Positions 1 through 13,311 of a DNA stretch of 64,000 nucleotides are shown here, in pieces. Under the pieces are notes generated by a model that saw only the letters and a list, made by a program, of their open reading frames with translations, did not search any database and was not told the DNA's origin. The first letter of the stretch is position 1. Every line of letters begins with the position of its first letter. A program made the translations under genes and the position numbers. Source of the DNA: Eledone cirrhosa (lineage: Eukaryota); assembly GCA_964016885.1 (NCBI GenBank), contig OZ024741.1:8184001-8248000 (forward strand), read 5' to 3'.

Positions 1-1693
1 TTTTGAGCTGACTTTTGGGATGCTCCCATACATCTCTGAGTTTTTCATCTTCAGTGTATACTGATTAATGTTCAGAGCCATCCTCAACATTCTCGTGTAG
101 CACCCATCCACCATCTGAGTGAGTTTCTTGGTCAGTGTCCAAGTCTCAGACCCATACAGCAGCACAGACTCCACTACAGCAATGAAGAGGCGGACTTTCA
201 GGTATCTACGAAGGTCCGACTTCCACACCGATCTCAAGCTGTGGCACGCCGCCCAGGCCTTGCTCTTCCTCTCAACCACATCATCTTCCGTATTCCCAAT
301 CTTTGCTCCCAAATACAGGAAGCCCTCAACCGATTCTAGCGGCTTCCCGCCTATATTAGTGATCCCCTCTGGCTTCTCAACATTCTCTACCAGATATTTT
401 GTTTTAGTCTCATTCATTCTCAGCCCCACACTCATCGACACAGTCTCAACCTCCCGCATCAAATCCTCTGCCTCCTTTCACTGTATTTGTCACCAAAACT
501 ATGTCGTCGGCAAATTCAGCATCCGATACCTTTTTCGCCCTAACTCTCCTGCTCTGAGCCGGTGCTACAGTAAAGCCAGGGTCCTGGTGTTTCTCCAGTG
601 CAAGGCGCATACAATAGTCCACCACGATGATAAAAAGGTAGGGAGCCAATGTATCTCCCTGGAGCACTCAAGCCAGTATCTCAAAGAACTCTGTCATCCC
701 ATCAGGTGTAATGACTTGGGCTTTGGTGTTGGTGTAGAGCAGTGATATCAGGTCCACTATCTTCTTGGGGATTCCATAAGCCTGTAAGATCTTAATCAGG
801 CAGTGACGGTCCACAGAATCAAAGGCCTTCCTAAAGTCAATGTAAACCATGACCGCAGGAAAGCACTTTGCTCTAGCTCCCTCTAATATCCTCCTCAGCA
901 TCAGGATGTGACTGGTGGTTGATCTACCCTCTCTGAAGCCGTTCTGGTTGTCCCTGAGCTTCTTCTCCATCTCAGGCTGGATCCTGTTAAGAATCATCCT
1001 GTTGAGGGTCTTTGCCACAAGTTACGTCAGTGAGATCCCCCTGTAGTTGTTGGTGTTAGAGAGATCTCCTTTCTTTGGCACTGGGACGATGTTACTGATC
1101 TTCCACTGATTCGGGGCAACTCCCTTCTCCAGTGCCCCGTTACAGAACCCCAGGATGATATCATCAAAATCACACCTCTTCATCACCTCTGATGCCACTC
1201 CATCTTCTCCATGAGCCTTGCCCTCCTTGATCCTCTTCTTGGCTCTCTGAAGCTCCTCTCTGGTGAAGGGCTCTGTCTCAACATCCAGTTCCTCAAACAG
1301 CCGCCTGATCTCCCCAGTGCTCTGGGCTGTGGAGGGTGACTCTCCTAGTAGGGTCCTAAAATGGTCTAGCCATTTCCTCTTCCTATCCTCGGGCCCCTTT
1401 CCCTGGATCTGACTCGAACACCTTCTCTTCCTCCCTGTGATCTCGTTGATGATCATCCAGCTCTCCTTACATCCAGATCTGTCAACCGCTCTCTCCACAC
1501 TTCTGATCTTCTCTATCAGTGCCTCCTCTCTGACCTCAGTGTAAGCGGTACAGAGTTCTTCCCTTATCACCTCCACAGTCTCCATCCTCTCCTCCGTAGG
1601 ATCAGCATAGAATTGGTCCTTGGCAGCCTTCAGGTGTTCTCTGGCTGCACACACTTTTGGGTTTGCAGAGCTGACGTGCTTCCCTTTGTTCTT
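1..1693 (-). mobile_element. RTE-clade (RTE/RTE-X-like) LINE, reverse transcriptase region, 5'-truncated and disrupted; continues beyond the window start
   Basis: Consecutive minus-strand ORFs give RT motifs PVPKKGDLSNTNNYRGISL, NQNGFREGRST, YIDFRKAFDSV, LQGDTLAPYLF, EFADDI, then in a shifted frame YLGAKI...ESVLLYGSETWTLT. In-frame stops at 1022 and 668, frameshift near 480. Confidence 0.92.
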
Positions 1694-1739
1694 TGTATAT
1701 ATATATATGTATATATATATATAGAGAGAGAGATACATC

Positions 1740-2415
1740 ACTGTTTGTTTGAAACTTCTCAAGTTGGTTGGCCATTGGTGTAAGAGGGAGTTCGTTGCTG
1801 CTGCTCTTAGGTTACCTTCGTACCATGCTGTGAGCTGATCCGGGATCCTGGATAGCAGGGTGTCGAGATGTTTCTTGAAAATATCCACGTCCACACCATG
1901 CAGATCCCTGAAATCCCTTGGCATCTTGTTGGAGAGTTGAGGGCCCTTGAATCCCAGGCTATTGCAATATCTGCTCCTTATTCTAGATGTGGAAGACGGG
2001 ACCTTTGGCACCACACAGTGACGTCCTGTTCGGGGGTTGGTACAGCTCCCAATGCCAAAGTTTGGTGCTTCTCCCTCCAGGATTTTCCACATGTAGATCA
2101 CTGTGTATCTCTCCCGTCTTCGTTCCAAGGAGTAGAGGTTCAGTTCTTTTAGCTTCTACCAGTAGCTTTCCTTCATCGTCGCAATCCTCTCTGTGTAGCT
2201 TCGCTGGATTGCCTCAAGCTCCATGGTTAGTTTGATACACTGGGGTGACCACAGCTGGGAGCAATAGTCCAGGCGGCTTAGGACAAATGTCCTCCATAGT
2301 ATCAACATGGTCTCTCGGTCTCTTGTCCGGAAAGTCTTCAAGATCCAGCCAGCGATTCGTCTTAACATTGTCCCCACCCTCATGATGTGTGAGGTAAAAG
2401 ATGCATCGTCGCTCA

Positions 2416-2417
<2 letters not shown>
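1740..2417 (-). mobile_element. 3' fragment of a CR1/L2-group LINE (RT C-terminal region)
   Basis: Translation RTFVLSRLDYCSQLWSP...LEAIQRSYT...LNLYSLERRRERYTVIYMWKIL is the typical CR1-group post-RT domain. One in-frame stop at about 2156. Bounded by microsatellites. Confidence 0.85.
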
Positions 2418-2620
<203 letters not shown>

Positions 2621-2736
2621 TTATTTATTTATTTGTGTGTATTTGCTTGTGCAAAAGTAAACACAAATAACAAAGCAAACGCCCCAATACAATGAAGAAA
2701 TATATTAGTTTTACGCTTGATATAGTAAGAAAAGAG

Positions 2737-2771
2737 TCTTGAATTTCGGACGCAAGTCCTTCATCAGAAAA
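2737..2771 (-). ncRNA. Minimal type I hammerhead ribozyme motif, family A (stem III partly deleted), within a ~200 bp repeat at about 2650-2830
   Basis: Reverse complement: tttt-CTGATGA-a-GGAC-ttgc-GTCC-GAAA-ttc-aaga. Flanks are homologous to the copies at 28.6-28.76 kb and 32.3-32.45 kb. Confidence 0.7.
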
Positions 2772-2875
2772 TAAAATGAGACATTGAAGAAGAAAGAGAA
2801 AGTTAGAGGAGACTGGGCAGTGTGGAAACGAAAAAGATTTCTTGGAGAAAAGTCAGGTCTGTTTAGGTCGCCATG

Positions 2876-2877
<2 letters not shown>

Positions 2878-2965
<88 letters not shown>

Positions 2966-2980
2966 TCACACACACATACA
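2878..2980. repeat. (CA)n microsatellite
   Basis: Direct reading. Confidence 0.97.
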
Positions 2981-3278
2981 TAGACTAGTGTCGTAGACAT
3001 TCATGAAAAACTTGAAAACTGCTTTCCGAGAAGAGCCTATGCGATATTTGTTATGCATCAAATTCCAGACACTCCCTTGTCACTCTCAGCATTATACATC
3101 TTATAAATCATTGCTTGATACGTTGAAATACTCTGTGTTGTTGTTTATCAATTATGATATTAAATAGATATAAAATAAATGATAAACAGAAAATAAATAT
3201 ATCAATAATTGGTTACTAACTTTATAAATGATTGACTGATTAAATAAAATAGTGAACAGAGAAAAATGAAAAATGAAC

Positions 3279-3364
3279 TATCCTTACGGGGTGGATAAAA
3301 TAAAGTACCAGTAATACACTGGGGTAATTGTTGGCCTTGTGCCAAAAGTAGAAACAAGTATTAT
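3279..3364 (+). mobile_element. 3' fragment of tRNA-derived SINE
   Basis: tccttacgggg..gataaaataaagtaccagtaatacactggg...ggccttgtgccaaaagtagaaac matches the full copies at 4475 and 17895. Confidence 0.85.
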
Positions 3365-3554
3365 TACTAACTATGAAACATTGGCAATGGTATGTATGGT
3401 AGAGTAACTCCTGAGGGAGTGGTATGAGTGACATAGTGACGGCGTTTCAAGCGCATTCTTTAAAACCTGGTGGAACCTATCGTGGTCTAATACAGCAGAA
3501 TTCTTCTAAAGAAGGATAGAGAGTGAGAGAATGTGAGAAAGATGTATAGAGGAA

Positions 3555-3714
3555 GAATCGACTCCAGTACTTGACTGGTACTTTTTTTATCGGCATTGAA
3601 TGGTTGAAAGGCAAAGTTGGCTTTGGTGGGATTTGAACTCAGATAACAGAGAGTTGAACTAAATACCGCAAAGCCTTCTATCCGACATTGTAACGAACCT
3701 GCCAATTCGCTGCC
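3555..3714 (-). mobile_element. Diverged tRNA-derived SINE
   Basis: Reverse complement has ggcagcgaattggcag (A-box region), ctgagttcaaatccc (B-box) and gataaaaaaagtaccagt. Confidence 0.75.
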
Positions 3715-3779
3715 TATCAGTGATGTACAGCTATGTAATTATATTGTTAATATACAGTCATATAACTCTCTTATAGATC

Positions 3780-4266
3780 TACCCTTACCTATGGCCATGG
3801 ATCTTGGGTAATGACTGAAAGAAGACAATCGCGAACACAAGCAGCCGAAATGGGGTTCCACCGAAGGGTCTTTGGAGTAACGTTACTCGATAGATAATGT
3901 AGCTCGGAGATCCGAGAGTCACTCCAGGTAGAGCCACTACTTCTCCGAATTGAGAGATCACAGCTCCGATACTATAGACATGTGGTTAGAATGTCTCAGG
4001 AATGAATTCCTGGACAGATGTAACAGACAAAACCAACAGGCAGGACAGCCAGGGGTAGACTCCGAGCAAAGTGGTTGGATAACATCCATGAGCTTGGCTG
4101 GTCTCGCTTGGGTCAGTTGGAGATGGCTGCTTTTGACAAGACCCGCTGGAGGTAGTGTTTGAGGACTCTGTTACCCCGACCCTCCCGGGAATAAGTAGCA
4201 GAAGAAGAAGAAGAAGAAGAAGAAGAAGAAGAAGAAGAAGAAGAAGAAGAAGAAGAAGAAGAAGAA
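3780..4266 (+). mobile_element. 3' end of an RTE LINE with (GAA)n tail
   Basis: Translation SWVMTERRQSRTQAAEMGFHRRVFGVTLLDR*CSSEIRESLQVEPLLLRIERSQLRYYRHVVRM is the RTE C-terminus. Contains stops, and ends in (GAA)n at 4201-4266. Confidence 0.85.
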
Positions 4267-4474
4267 TCTTATATATTTGGGGATGATCATTGTGCCAGTA
4301 TAGCCAATAAAAAATACACCATATGATATTCACTTTTTCACTTCATTTTTATGACTAGTTATTAGTTAGTTGGACAAAGTTTTTTCGCCACACATTCTGT
4401 AACTTCCTCAATGACTATCTCTTCTTTTATACATATCTGTATACCGATAGCATATATCCATCTAACTAACTATA

Positions 4475-4663
4475 AGTGGCTTGGCAGTATTGGTAGAGGG
4501 TCGGACGCCATGATTTGCAGCAAAGAGTTACGTCCTTTTATGGTTTGAGTTCAAATCCCGACGAGGTTAACTTTTCCTTTAATCCTTACGGGGTCGATAA
4601 AATAAAGTACCAGTAATACACTGGATTAATTGCTGGCCTTGTGCCAAAAGTAGAAACAATTAT
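4475..4663 (+). mobile_element. Full-length tRNA-derived SINE (resembles octopus OK/OR-type SINEs)
   Basis: A-box-like tggcagtattgg, B-box gagttcaaatcc (4547-4558), conserved body ggggtcgataaaataaagtaccagt. Highly similar to 17895-18086 and 26519-26709. Confidence 0.9.
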
Positions 4664-4752
4664 ATCGATAACACACGGGCATGCAACCAACAATATATCC
4701 TTATTTATAACATAGAATATTGAAATTAACTGTATGATATTTAGCAATATCA

Positions 4753-7700
4753 CACAGTAATGTAACTATATTGATACAGTAATGTAACTATATTGATACA
4801 GTAATGTAACTGTATTGATACAGTAATGTAACTATATTGATACAGTAATGTAACTATATTGATACAGTAATGTAACTGTATTGATACAGTATTGTAACTG
4901 TATTGATACAGTAATGTAACTGTATTGATACAGTAATGTAACTATATTGATACAGTAATGTAACTGTATTGATACAGTAATGTAACTATATTGATACAGT
5001 AATGTAACTATATTGATACAGTAATGTAACTGTATTGATACAGTATTGTAACTGTATTGATACAGTAATGTAACTGTATTGATACAGTAATGTAACTGTA
5101 TTGATACAGTAATGTAACAATATTGATACAGTATTGTAACTGTATTGATACAGTAATGTAACTATATTGATACAGTAATGTAACTATATTGATACAGTAA
5201 TGTAACTGTATTGATACAGTAATGTAACTATATTGATACAGTAATGTAACTATATTGATACAGTAATGTAACTATATTGATACAGTAATGTAACTATATT
5301 GATACAGTAATGTAACTGTATTGATACAGTAATGTAACTGTATTGATACAGTATTGTAACTATACTGATACAGTAATGTAACTGTATTGATACAGTAATG
5401 TAACTGTATTGATACAGTAATGTAACTGTATTGATACAGTAATGTAACTATATTGATACAGTAATGTAACTATATTGATACAGTAATGTAACTGTATTGA
5501 TACAGTAATGTAACTATATTGATACTGTAATGTAACTCTATTGATACAGTAATGTAACTGTATTGATACAGTAATGTAACTCTATTGATACAGTAATGTA
5601 ACTGTATTGATACAGTAATGTAACTATATTGATACAGTAATGTAACTATATTGATACAGTAATGTAACTGTATTGATAAGGTAATGTAACTGTATTGATA
5701 CAATATTGTAACTATATTGATACAGTAATGTAACTGTATTGATACAGTAATGTAACTGTATTGATACATTATTGTAACTGTATTGATACAGTAATGTAAC
5801 TGTATTGATACAGTAATGTAACTATATTGATACAGTAATGTAACTATATTGATACAGTAATGTAACTATATTGATACAGTAATGTAACTATATTGATACA
5901 GTAATGTAACTGTATTGATACAGTAATGTAACTGTATTGATACAGTATTGTAACTATATTGATACAGTAATGTAACTGTATTGATACAGTAATGTAACTG
6001 TATTGATACAGTAATGTAACTGTATTGATACATTAATGTAACTATATTGATACAGTAATGTAACTGTATTGATACAGTAATGTAACTGTATTGATACAGT
6101 AATGTAACTATATTGATACAGTAATGTAACTATATTGATACAGTAATGTAACAGTATTGATACAGTAATGTAACTGTATTGATACAGTAATGTAACTGTA
6201 TTGATACAGTAATGTAACTGTATTGATACAATATTGTAATGTAACTATATTGATACAGTAATGTAACTGTATTGATACAGTAATGTAACTGTATTGATAC
6301 AGTAATGTAACTATATTGATACAGTAATGTAACTGTATTGATACAGTAATGTAACTATATTGATACAGTAATGTAACTGTATTGATACAGTAATGTAACT
6401 GTATTGATACAGTAATGTAACTGTATTGATACAGTAATGTAACTGTATTGATACAGTAATGTAACTATATTGATACAGTAATGTAACTATATTGATACAG
6501 TAATGTAACTATATTGATACAGTAATGTAACTGTATTGATACAATATTGTAATGTAACTATATTGATACAGTAATGTAACTATATTGATACAGTAATGTA
6601 ACTATATTGATACAGTAATGTAACTATATTGATACAGTAATGTAACTGTATTGATACAGTAATGTAACTATATTGATACAGTAATGTAACTATATTGATA
6701 CAGTAATGTAACTGTATTGATACAGTAATGTAACTGTATTGATACAGTAATGTAACTGTATTGATACAGTAATGTAACTGTATTGATACAGTAATGTAAC
6801 TGTATTGATACAATATTGTAACTGTATTGATACAGTAATGTAACTGTATTGATACAGTAATGTAACTGTATTGATACAGTAATGTAACTATATTGATACA
6901 GTAATGTAACTGTATTGATACAGTAATGTAACTGTATTGATACAGTAATGTAACTATATTGATACAGTAATGTAACTCTATTGATACAGTAATGTAACTG
7001 TATTGATACAGTAATGTAACTATATTGATACAGTAATGTAACTGTATTGATACAGTAATGTAACTCTATTGATACAGTAATGTAACTATATTGATACAGT
7101 AATGTAACTATATTGATACTGTAATGTAACTCTATTGATACAGTAATGTAACTGTATTGATACAGTAATGTAACTCTATTGATACAGTAATGTAACTGTA
7201 TTGATACAGTAATGTAACTATATTGATACAGTAATGTAACTATATTGATACAGTAATGTAACTGTATTGATACAGTAATGTAACTGTATTGATACAATAT
7301 TGTAACTATATTGATACAGTAATGTAACTGTATTGATACAGTAATGTAACTGTATTGATACATTATTGTAACTGTATTGATACAGTAATGTAACTGTATT
7401 GATACAATATTGTAACTGTATTGATACAGTAATGTAACTGTATTGATACAGTAATGTAACTGTATTGATACAGTAATGTAACTGTATTGATACAATATTG
7501 TAATGTAACTATATTGATACAGTAATGTAACTGTATTGATACAGTAATGTAACTGTATTGATACAGTAATGTAACTATATTGATACAGTAATGTAACTGT
7601 ATTGATACAGTAATGTAACTATATTGATACAGTAATGTAACTGTATTGATACAGTAATGTAACTGTATTGATACAGTAATGTAACTGTATTGATACAGTA

Positions 7701-9046
7701 ATGTAACTGTATTGATACAGTAATGTAACTATATTGATACAGTAATGTAACTATATTGATACAGTAATGTAACTATATTGATACAGTAATGTAACTGTAT
7801 TGATACAGTAATGTAACTGTATTGATACAGTAATGTAAGTATATTGATACAGTAATGTAACTATATTGATACAGTAATGTAACTGTATTGATACAGTAAT
7901 GTAACTGTATTGATACAGTAATGTAACTGTATTGATACAGTAATGTAACTGTATTGATACAGTAATGTAACTGTATTGATACAATATTGTAACTGTATTG
8001 ATACAGTAATGTAACTGTATTGATACAGTAATGTAACTGTATTGATACAGTAATGTAACTGTATTGATACAGTAATGTAACTGTATTGATACAGTAATGT
8101 AACTGTATTGATACAGTAATGTAACTGTATTGATACAGTAATGTAACTATATTGATACAGTAATGTAACTGTATTGATACAGTAATGTAACTGTATTGAT
8201 ACAGTAATGTAACTATATTGATACAGTAATGTAACTCTATTGATACAGTAATGTAACTGTATTGATACAGTAATGTAACTATATTGATACAGTAATGTAA
8301 CTGTATTGATACAGTAATGTAACTCTATTGATACAGTAATGTAACTATATTGATACAGTAATGTAACTATATTGATACAGTAATGTAACTGTATTGATAC
8401 AGTAATGTAACTATATTGATACTGTAATGTAACTCTATTGATACAGTAATGTAACTGTATTGATACAGTAATGTAACTCTATTGATACAGTAATGTAACT
8501 GTATTGATACAGTAATGTAACTATATTGATACAGTAATGTAACTATATTGATACAGTAATGTAACTGTATTGATACAGTAATGTAACTGTATTGATACAA
8601 TATTGTAACTATATTGATACAGTAATGTAACTGTATTGATACAGTAATGTAACTGTATTGATACATTATTGTAACTGTATTGATACAGTAATGTAACTGT
8701 ATTGATACAATATTGTAACTGTATTGATACAGTAATGTAACTATATTGATACAGTAATGTAACTGTATTGATACAGTAACTGTATTGATACAGTAATGTA
8801 ACTGTATTGATACAGTAATGTAACTGTATTGATACAGTAATGTAACTGTATTGATACAATATTGTAACTATATTGATACAGTAACGTAACTGTATTGATA
8901 CAGTAATGTAACTGTATTGATACATTATTGTAACTGTATTGATACAGTAATGTAACTGTATTGATACAATATTGTAACTGTATTGATACAGTAATGTAAC
9001 TGTATTGATACAATATTGTAACTGTATTGATACAGTAATGTAACTG
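4753..9046. repeat. 22-bp tandem array (CAGTAATGTAACTRTATTGATA), about 195 copies, runs into a gap
   Basis: Direct reading, period 22. Confidence 0.98.
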
Positions 9047-9246
9047 NNNNNNNNNNNNNNNNNNNNNNNNNNNNNNNNNNNNNNNNNNNNNNNNNNNNNN
9101 NNNNNNNNNNNNNNNNNNNNNNNNNNNNNNNNNNNNNNNNNNNNNNNNNNNNNNNNNNNNNNNNNNNNNNNNNNNNNNNNNNNNNNNNNNNNNNNNNNNN
9201 NNNNNNNNNNNNNNNNNNNNNNNNNNNNNNNNNNNNNNNNNNNNNN
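9047..9246. other. Assembly gap (200 N)
   Basis: Run of n. Confidence 1.
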
Positions 9247-9387
9247 TCACTTTGTCTCACTCTCACTCACTTTGTCTCACTCTCACTCACTTCGTCTCTA
9301 CTCACTCACTTTCTCTCACACTCACTCACTTTGTCTTACTCTCACTCACTTTGTCTCACTCTCACTCACTTTGTCTCACTCTCACTC
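9247..9387. repeat. 20-bp tandem repeat (TTTGTCTCACTCTCACTCAC), about 7 copies
   Basis: Direct reading. Confidence 0.9.
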
Positions 9388-9517
9388 CTTTCAAACAGCT
9401 CCCTAACTATTTATTTTGTTACCTATCTAATTACCCACCAACTAACGAGACAACTCATGGCATCGGCGCATTAATACAAAGACTTTTACAGCCATACCTT
9501 CTATGTTTGTATGTATG

Positions 9518-9549
<32 letters not shown>

Positions 9550-9644
9550 TGTATGTATGTATGTATGTATGTATGTATGTATGTGTGTGTGTGTGTATGT
9601 ATGTATGTGTGTATGTGTGTATGTATGTATCTGTGTATGTTATC

Positions 9645-10957
9645 TCTTTCTCTTAATTTAGAGTATATTTTTGACTGGCCACCTTCCTGGTGGCAAGGTT
9701 GTAAAAGAAAAGAAATTGTCATCCCTTGAATCGCAAGAATGTTTTGCAAATTTTGAAGGTGCCAGCTATCGCAGCCATTTGTAGACTATGAATTAGGGAG
9801 CTGCGCTCTTTGTCCGCAAATCCAAGTTCAGTTATACATTGGTCCAAGCGGGTTGGTATATAACCGGTAGCTCCAATAATGATGGGTATGAAGCTAAAGG
9901 TGTATCTTGGATACTGGATTTGTAAACTCCTCATCAATGGTCCGTAGATGTTCTCTTTCTCCTGTATTTTTCTGACAACGTTTACATCAAGTGGGCAGCT
10001 GATCTCCACAACAGAACACGTTTTCAATGTGTGGTCCCAAACAACAATATCAGGCCGGTTGTGCTTTAATTTGGTGGCAGTTTTTATTTTCAGGTTCCAC
10101 CAGTATTCCTTAGTGCCATCTGTCTCAATATATTCTTCCTCGTTTGTTTTCCGAAGTGCGTTCCAGAGGGTTCTAGCTATCCCATCGTGTCTCATGGGGA
10201 AGTAGTAGCGAGATGACATTCTTTCGCAGCTGGCAACAATGTGGCTTACATCTTCGATCTTTGATTTACATAACCTACATTTATTGTCAGCTGCTGGCCC
10301 TCCCCTTTTGTGCAGCAGATATTTGGTAGGGAGTTCTTGTTCCTGTATTGCATAGAGATATCCCTCAAGGTGTGATATCATAAACTTGTCGGAACTCCAT
10401 GCCAGGCTTTTTGAATGGTTATCCCCTCTATGGTCTGTGTTTTACGTCTCAAGTATCCGTGCACAACCTGGTCAATTCTTTCATCTTGTTTGAACATTGA
10501 ATAGGATCTTCAGATTTCTCTGGGTGAGAGATTTATATCAGGCTTTATTCCATATCTCTCCTCCAGATCAGTGGCTATCCTAATGATTTTTTTTTCATGC
10601 TCATAAACCTGGGCAAGATGGTTGCCAACCTTTTTCCTCTGTTGAAGATGTTGCTTCAGTGTTACTATCCGAGTCTCATATGATGTTAATAGGGATTTTA
10701 GACCCCGGCCACGTTCCTTTCGTGAGAAGTATAGCCTATCCACATCACCATTGATGTTAAAGTTCCCAGTAACACTGAAAAGTTTGCGAGTTCTAACATC
10801 CATCTCACTTAGTTCTTGCAATGACCAGTTCAGCAGGCTAAATGTTGGCGTTAGAATTGGAACAGCATAAGTATTGTGGGCAATGTACATGTTGTACGCT
10901 GACAGTTCTGATGACCATATTTTCTTTACTCATCTGAGGTATTCAGTTCTGGTTCTC
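9645..10957 (-). mobile_element. 5'-truncated R4/Dong-like LINE with CCHC knuckle and restriction-like endonuclease (disrupted)
   Basis: ORF 9719-10381: CRLCKSKIEDVSHIVASC, RHD, RPDIVVWD, VEISCP, KENIY. ORF 10510-10890: DRLYFSRKERGRGLKS. Both ends abut (TATG)n tracts (9505-9638 and 10960-11063). Confidence 0.88.
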
Positions 10958-10989
<32 letters not shown>

Positions 10990-11063
10990 TGTATGTATGT
11001 ATGTATGTATGTATGTATGTATGTATGTATGTATGTATGTATGTATGTATGTATGTATGTATG

Positions 11064-11680
11064 TCAGGTCACCAGTTGGTGCTACTGGTAACATGTATCC
11101 CAGTACAACCTGTCTCATGGTCGGGTCGTTGGCGACTAAACTGGCAACCCCACCAAGGTTTCTTGGTGAGGAGGGTGACTTTGGACGTCCTGCAGGACTA
11201 AAAACAAAACCTGTCAAAGGGCAAAGGATCTCTTAAGAGTCAATGACCATCCAAAATTACCGGGAGAGATGACCCCTTAGCCTTTGTCAAGGCAGAATTC
11301 TAGGAGAAGGAAAACTCTGATATACCACCTGCAACCCTGATGGTATCCAATGATGTTGACTTGTTCTTCTTTTTGGTAAATATCATCTTGGTTAAGAGAG
11401 TGGGACTGGCTTTGTGCAGTGCCTTTGCTCACTATAAAAGCTTCACGGCACAGGCATTGCTTTATATCTGGAGATCTCTCTGCACTTGTGGTCACATGGT
11501 ACCATGGGCCCAGTACTATGTGTCAATAATTGTCACAAGTGTAGTGTTTGTACCAGAGTTTTCAAGTCACTGGCGGGACTAAAAAGTCACACTCGTTCAG
11601 CGCATCGGTAGGGGTTCTCCTACATGGATATAAAGTAGTGGCCGTACTCGAAAACGAGTTGGCAGCTACCATATATATAT
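11064..11680 (+). mobile_element. Probable non-autonomous RTE derivative (5'UTR-like part joined to a 3' end with a C2H2 zinc-finger remnant)
   Basis: RTE-5'UTR-like motif ctaggagaaggaaaactctga (about 11300-11320). 11531-11611 translates CHKCSVCTRVFKSLAGLKSHTRSAHR*. 3' hairpin actcg-aaaa-cgagt followed by a (TA) tail. Confidence 0.6.
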
Positions 11681-12069
11681 GTATGTATGTTCTTCTGGTT
11701 TTATAATTTCACAAATTTTCCCAATAGAGAGAGAGTCGTTTTCTAACATAGACACAAGACTCTCTCATTGGAATTTACACATCAACTAGCTAGATATATA
11801 TGCATGTCTGCATGTGTAGATATTGATGTTATTGTATGTGTGGATGTGTATGTTTTGAGTTGTATGTGTGCATGTGTATATGCTTTGTATCTGTACATGT
11901 GTATATGCAGTTATTAGATGCAACATTTTTGGAATGATTTACATATTTTTACTGTTCCATTAATGGATTGTACTTGTAATTTCCTAACTAGTTGTGTTCT
12001 TTATGTTCCTGTGAAGCCCAGCTTCTCAAGATTTGTATTGAGGCAGTTACTAACATATCCCAGTGCCCC

Positions 12070-12106
12070 ACTAATCATTTCGGACATGAGTTATTCTTCA
12101 GATAGA
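12070..12106 (-). ncRNA. Degenerate hammerhead-like motif
   Basis: Reverse complement: ctat-CTGAAGA-ataactcatgtcc-GAAA-tgattag. Core present, stem II poorly paired. Confidence 0.35.
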
Positions 12107-12292
12107 ATAAAAGAGGGAATTGAATTGACGATGTTAGAGACGAGTGTAAGAAAAGTAAAAATAAATTACGTGTTGTAGTGGATTAAATTTGGTAGATAGG
12201 AACTGCTTGGAAGCCCATCGGATGGATTGTACGTAATTTAATGGGCCAACCTTATTACTCACTGTGTCATGCGGAATCTCCTTGAATATTCC

Positions 12293-12295
<3 letters not shown>

Positions 12296-12381
<86 letters not shown>

Positions 12382-12397
12382 CATATATATATATATG

Positions 12398-12496
<99 letters not shown>

Positions 12497-12607
12497 TATA
12501 TATATATACATGTACATATATATAATTATATATATATATTTATGTACATATATATAAATATATATATATTTATGTATATACATATATATATATATATATA
12601 TATAAAA

Positions 12608-12639
<32 letters not shown>

Positions 12640-12844
12640 GTGAGGTTTTTTTTACAAAATGAAAAATAACCGAGGTGTCCTACACGAGTGAAAGTATAAA
12701 GAAAAAGAGATGAAATCGAAAATGCAACTGAAGTATTATTTTTTTTTTTAAATATATATATTTATTTGGTTCCTTTACCGGTTTCGCAGTTCTTCTGCTT
12801 TTCAAATGGTGAGTTGAAATGGAGGGTCTGTGGTTTTTCTCACA

Positions 12845-12897
<53 letters not shown>

Positions 12898-13129
12898 ACA
12901 TGTATATATATATACGTGTATAATATACACACATATATATACACTGTATATATATGTATATATATATATATTTATATATATACATGTATATATATATATA
13001 TATATATACATGCCCCCCCACTCTCAAGAGCGTGAAACTAATAAACCTTTGTTCGTACTGCCTCTCTGTTTTGTCCCCGTTCCATTTTTCACTATATATA
13101 TATATACACACACACATATATATATATAA

Positions 13130-13194
<65 letters not shown>

Positions 13195-13311
13195 AATATA
13201 TATATATATATTTATATATATATATACATGTATATATACATATATGTGTGTATATATATATTTATATATATACATGTATATATATAAATATATATATATA
13301 TATATGTATAC

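Noticed and set aside
1022-2128. 368-aa ORF as a single protein
   Set aside because: Chance in-frame fusion of a CR1-type 3' end, a (TA)/(GA) microsatellite and an RTE-type fragment.
4475-4565. tRNA gene
   Set aside because: A and B boxes belong to a SINE head. No cloverleaf, and it continues into a SINE body repeated several times in the window.
5470-9266. Repeated YQYSYITVSIQLHYCIN ORFs
   Set aside because: Translations of the 22-bp satellite, some running through the N gap.
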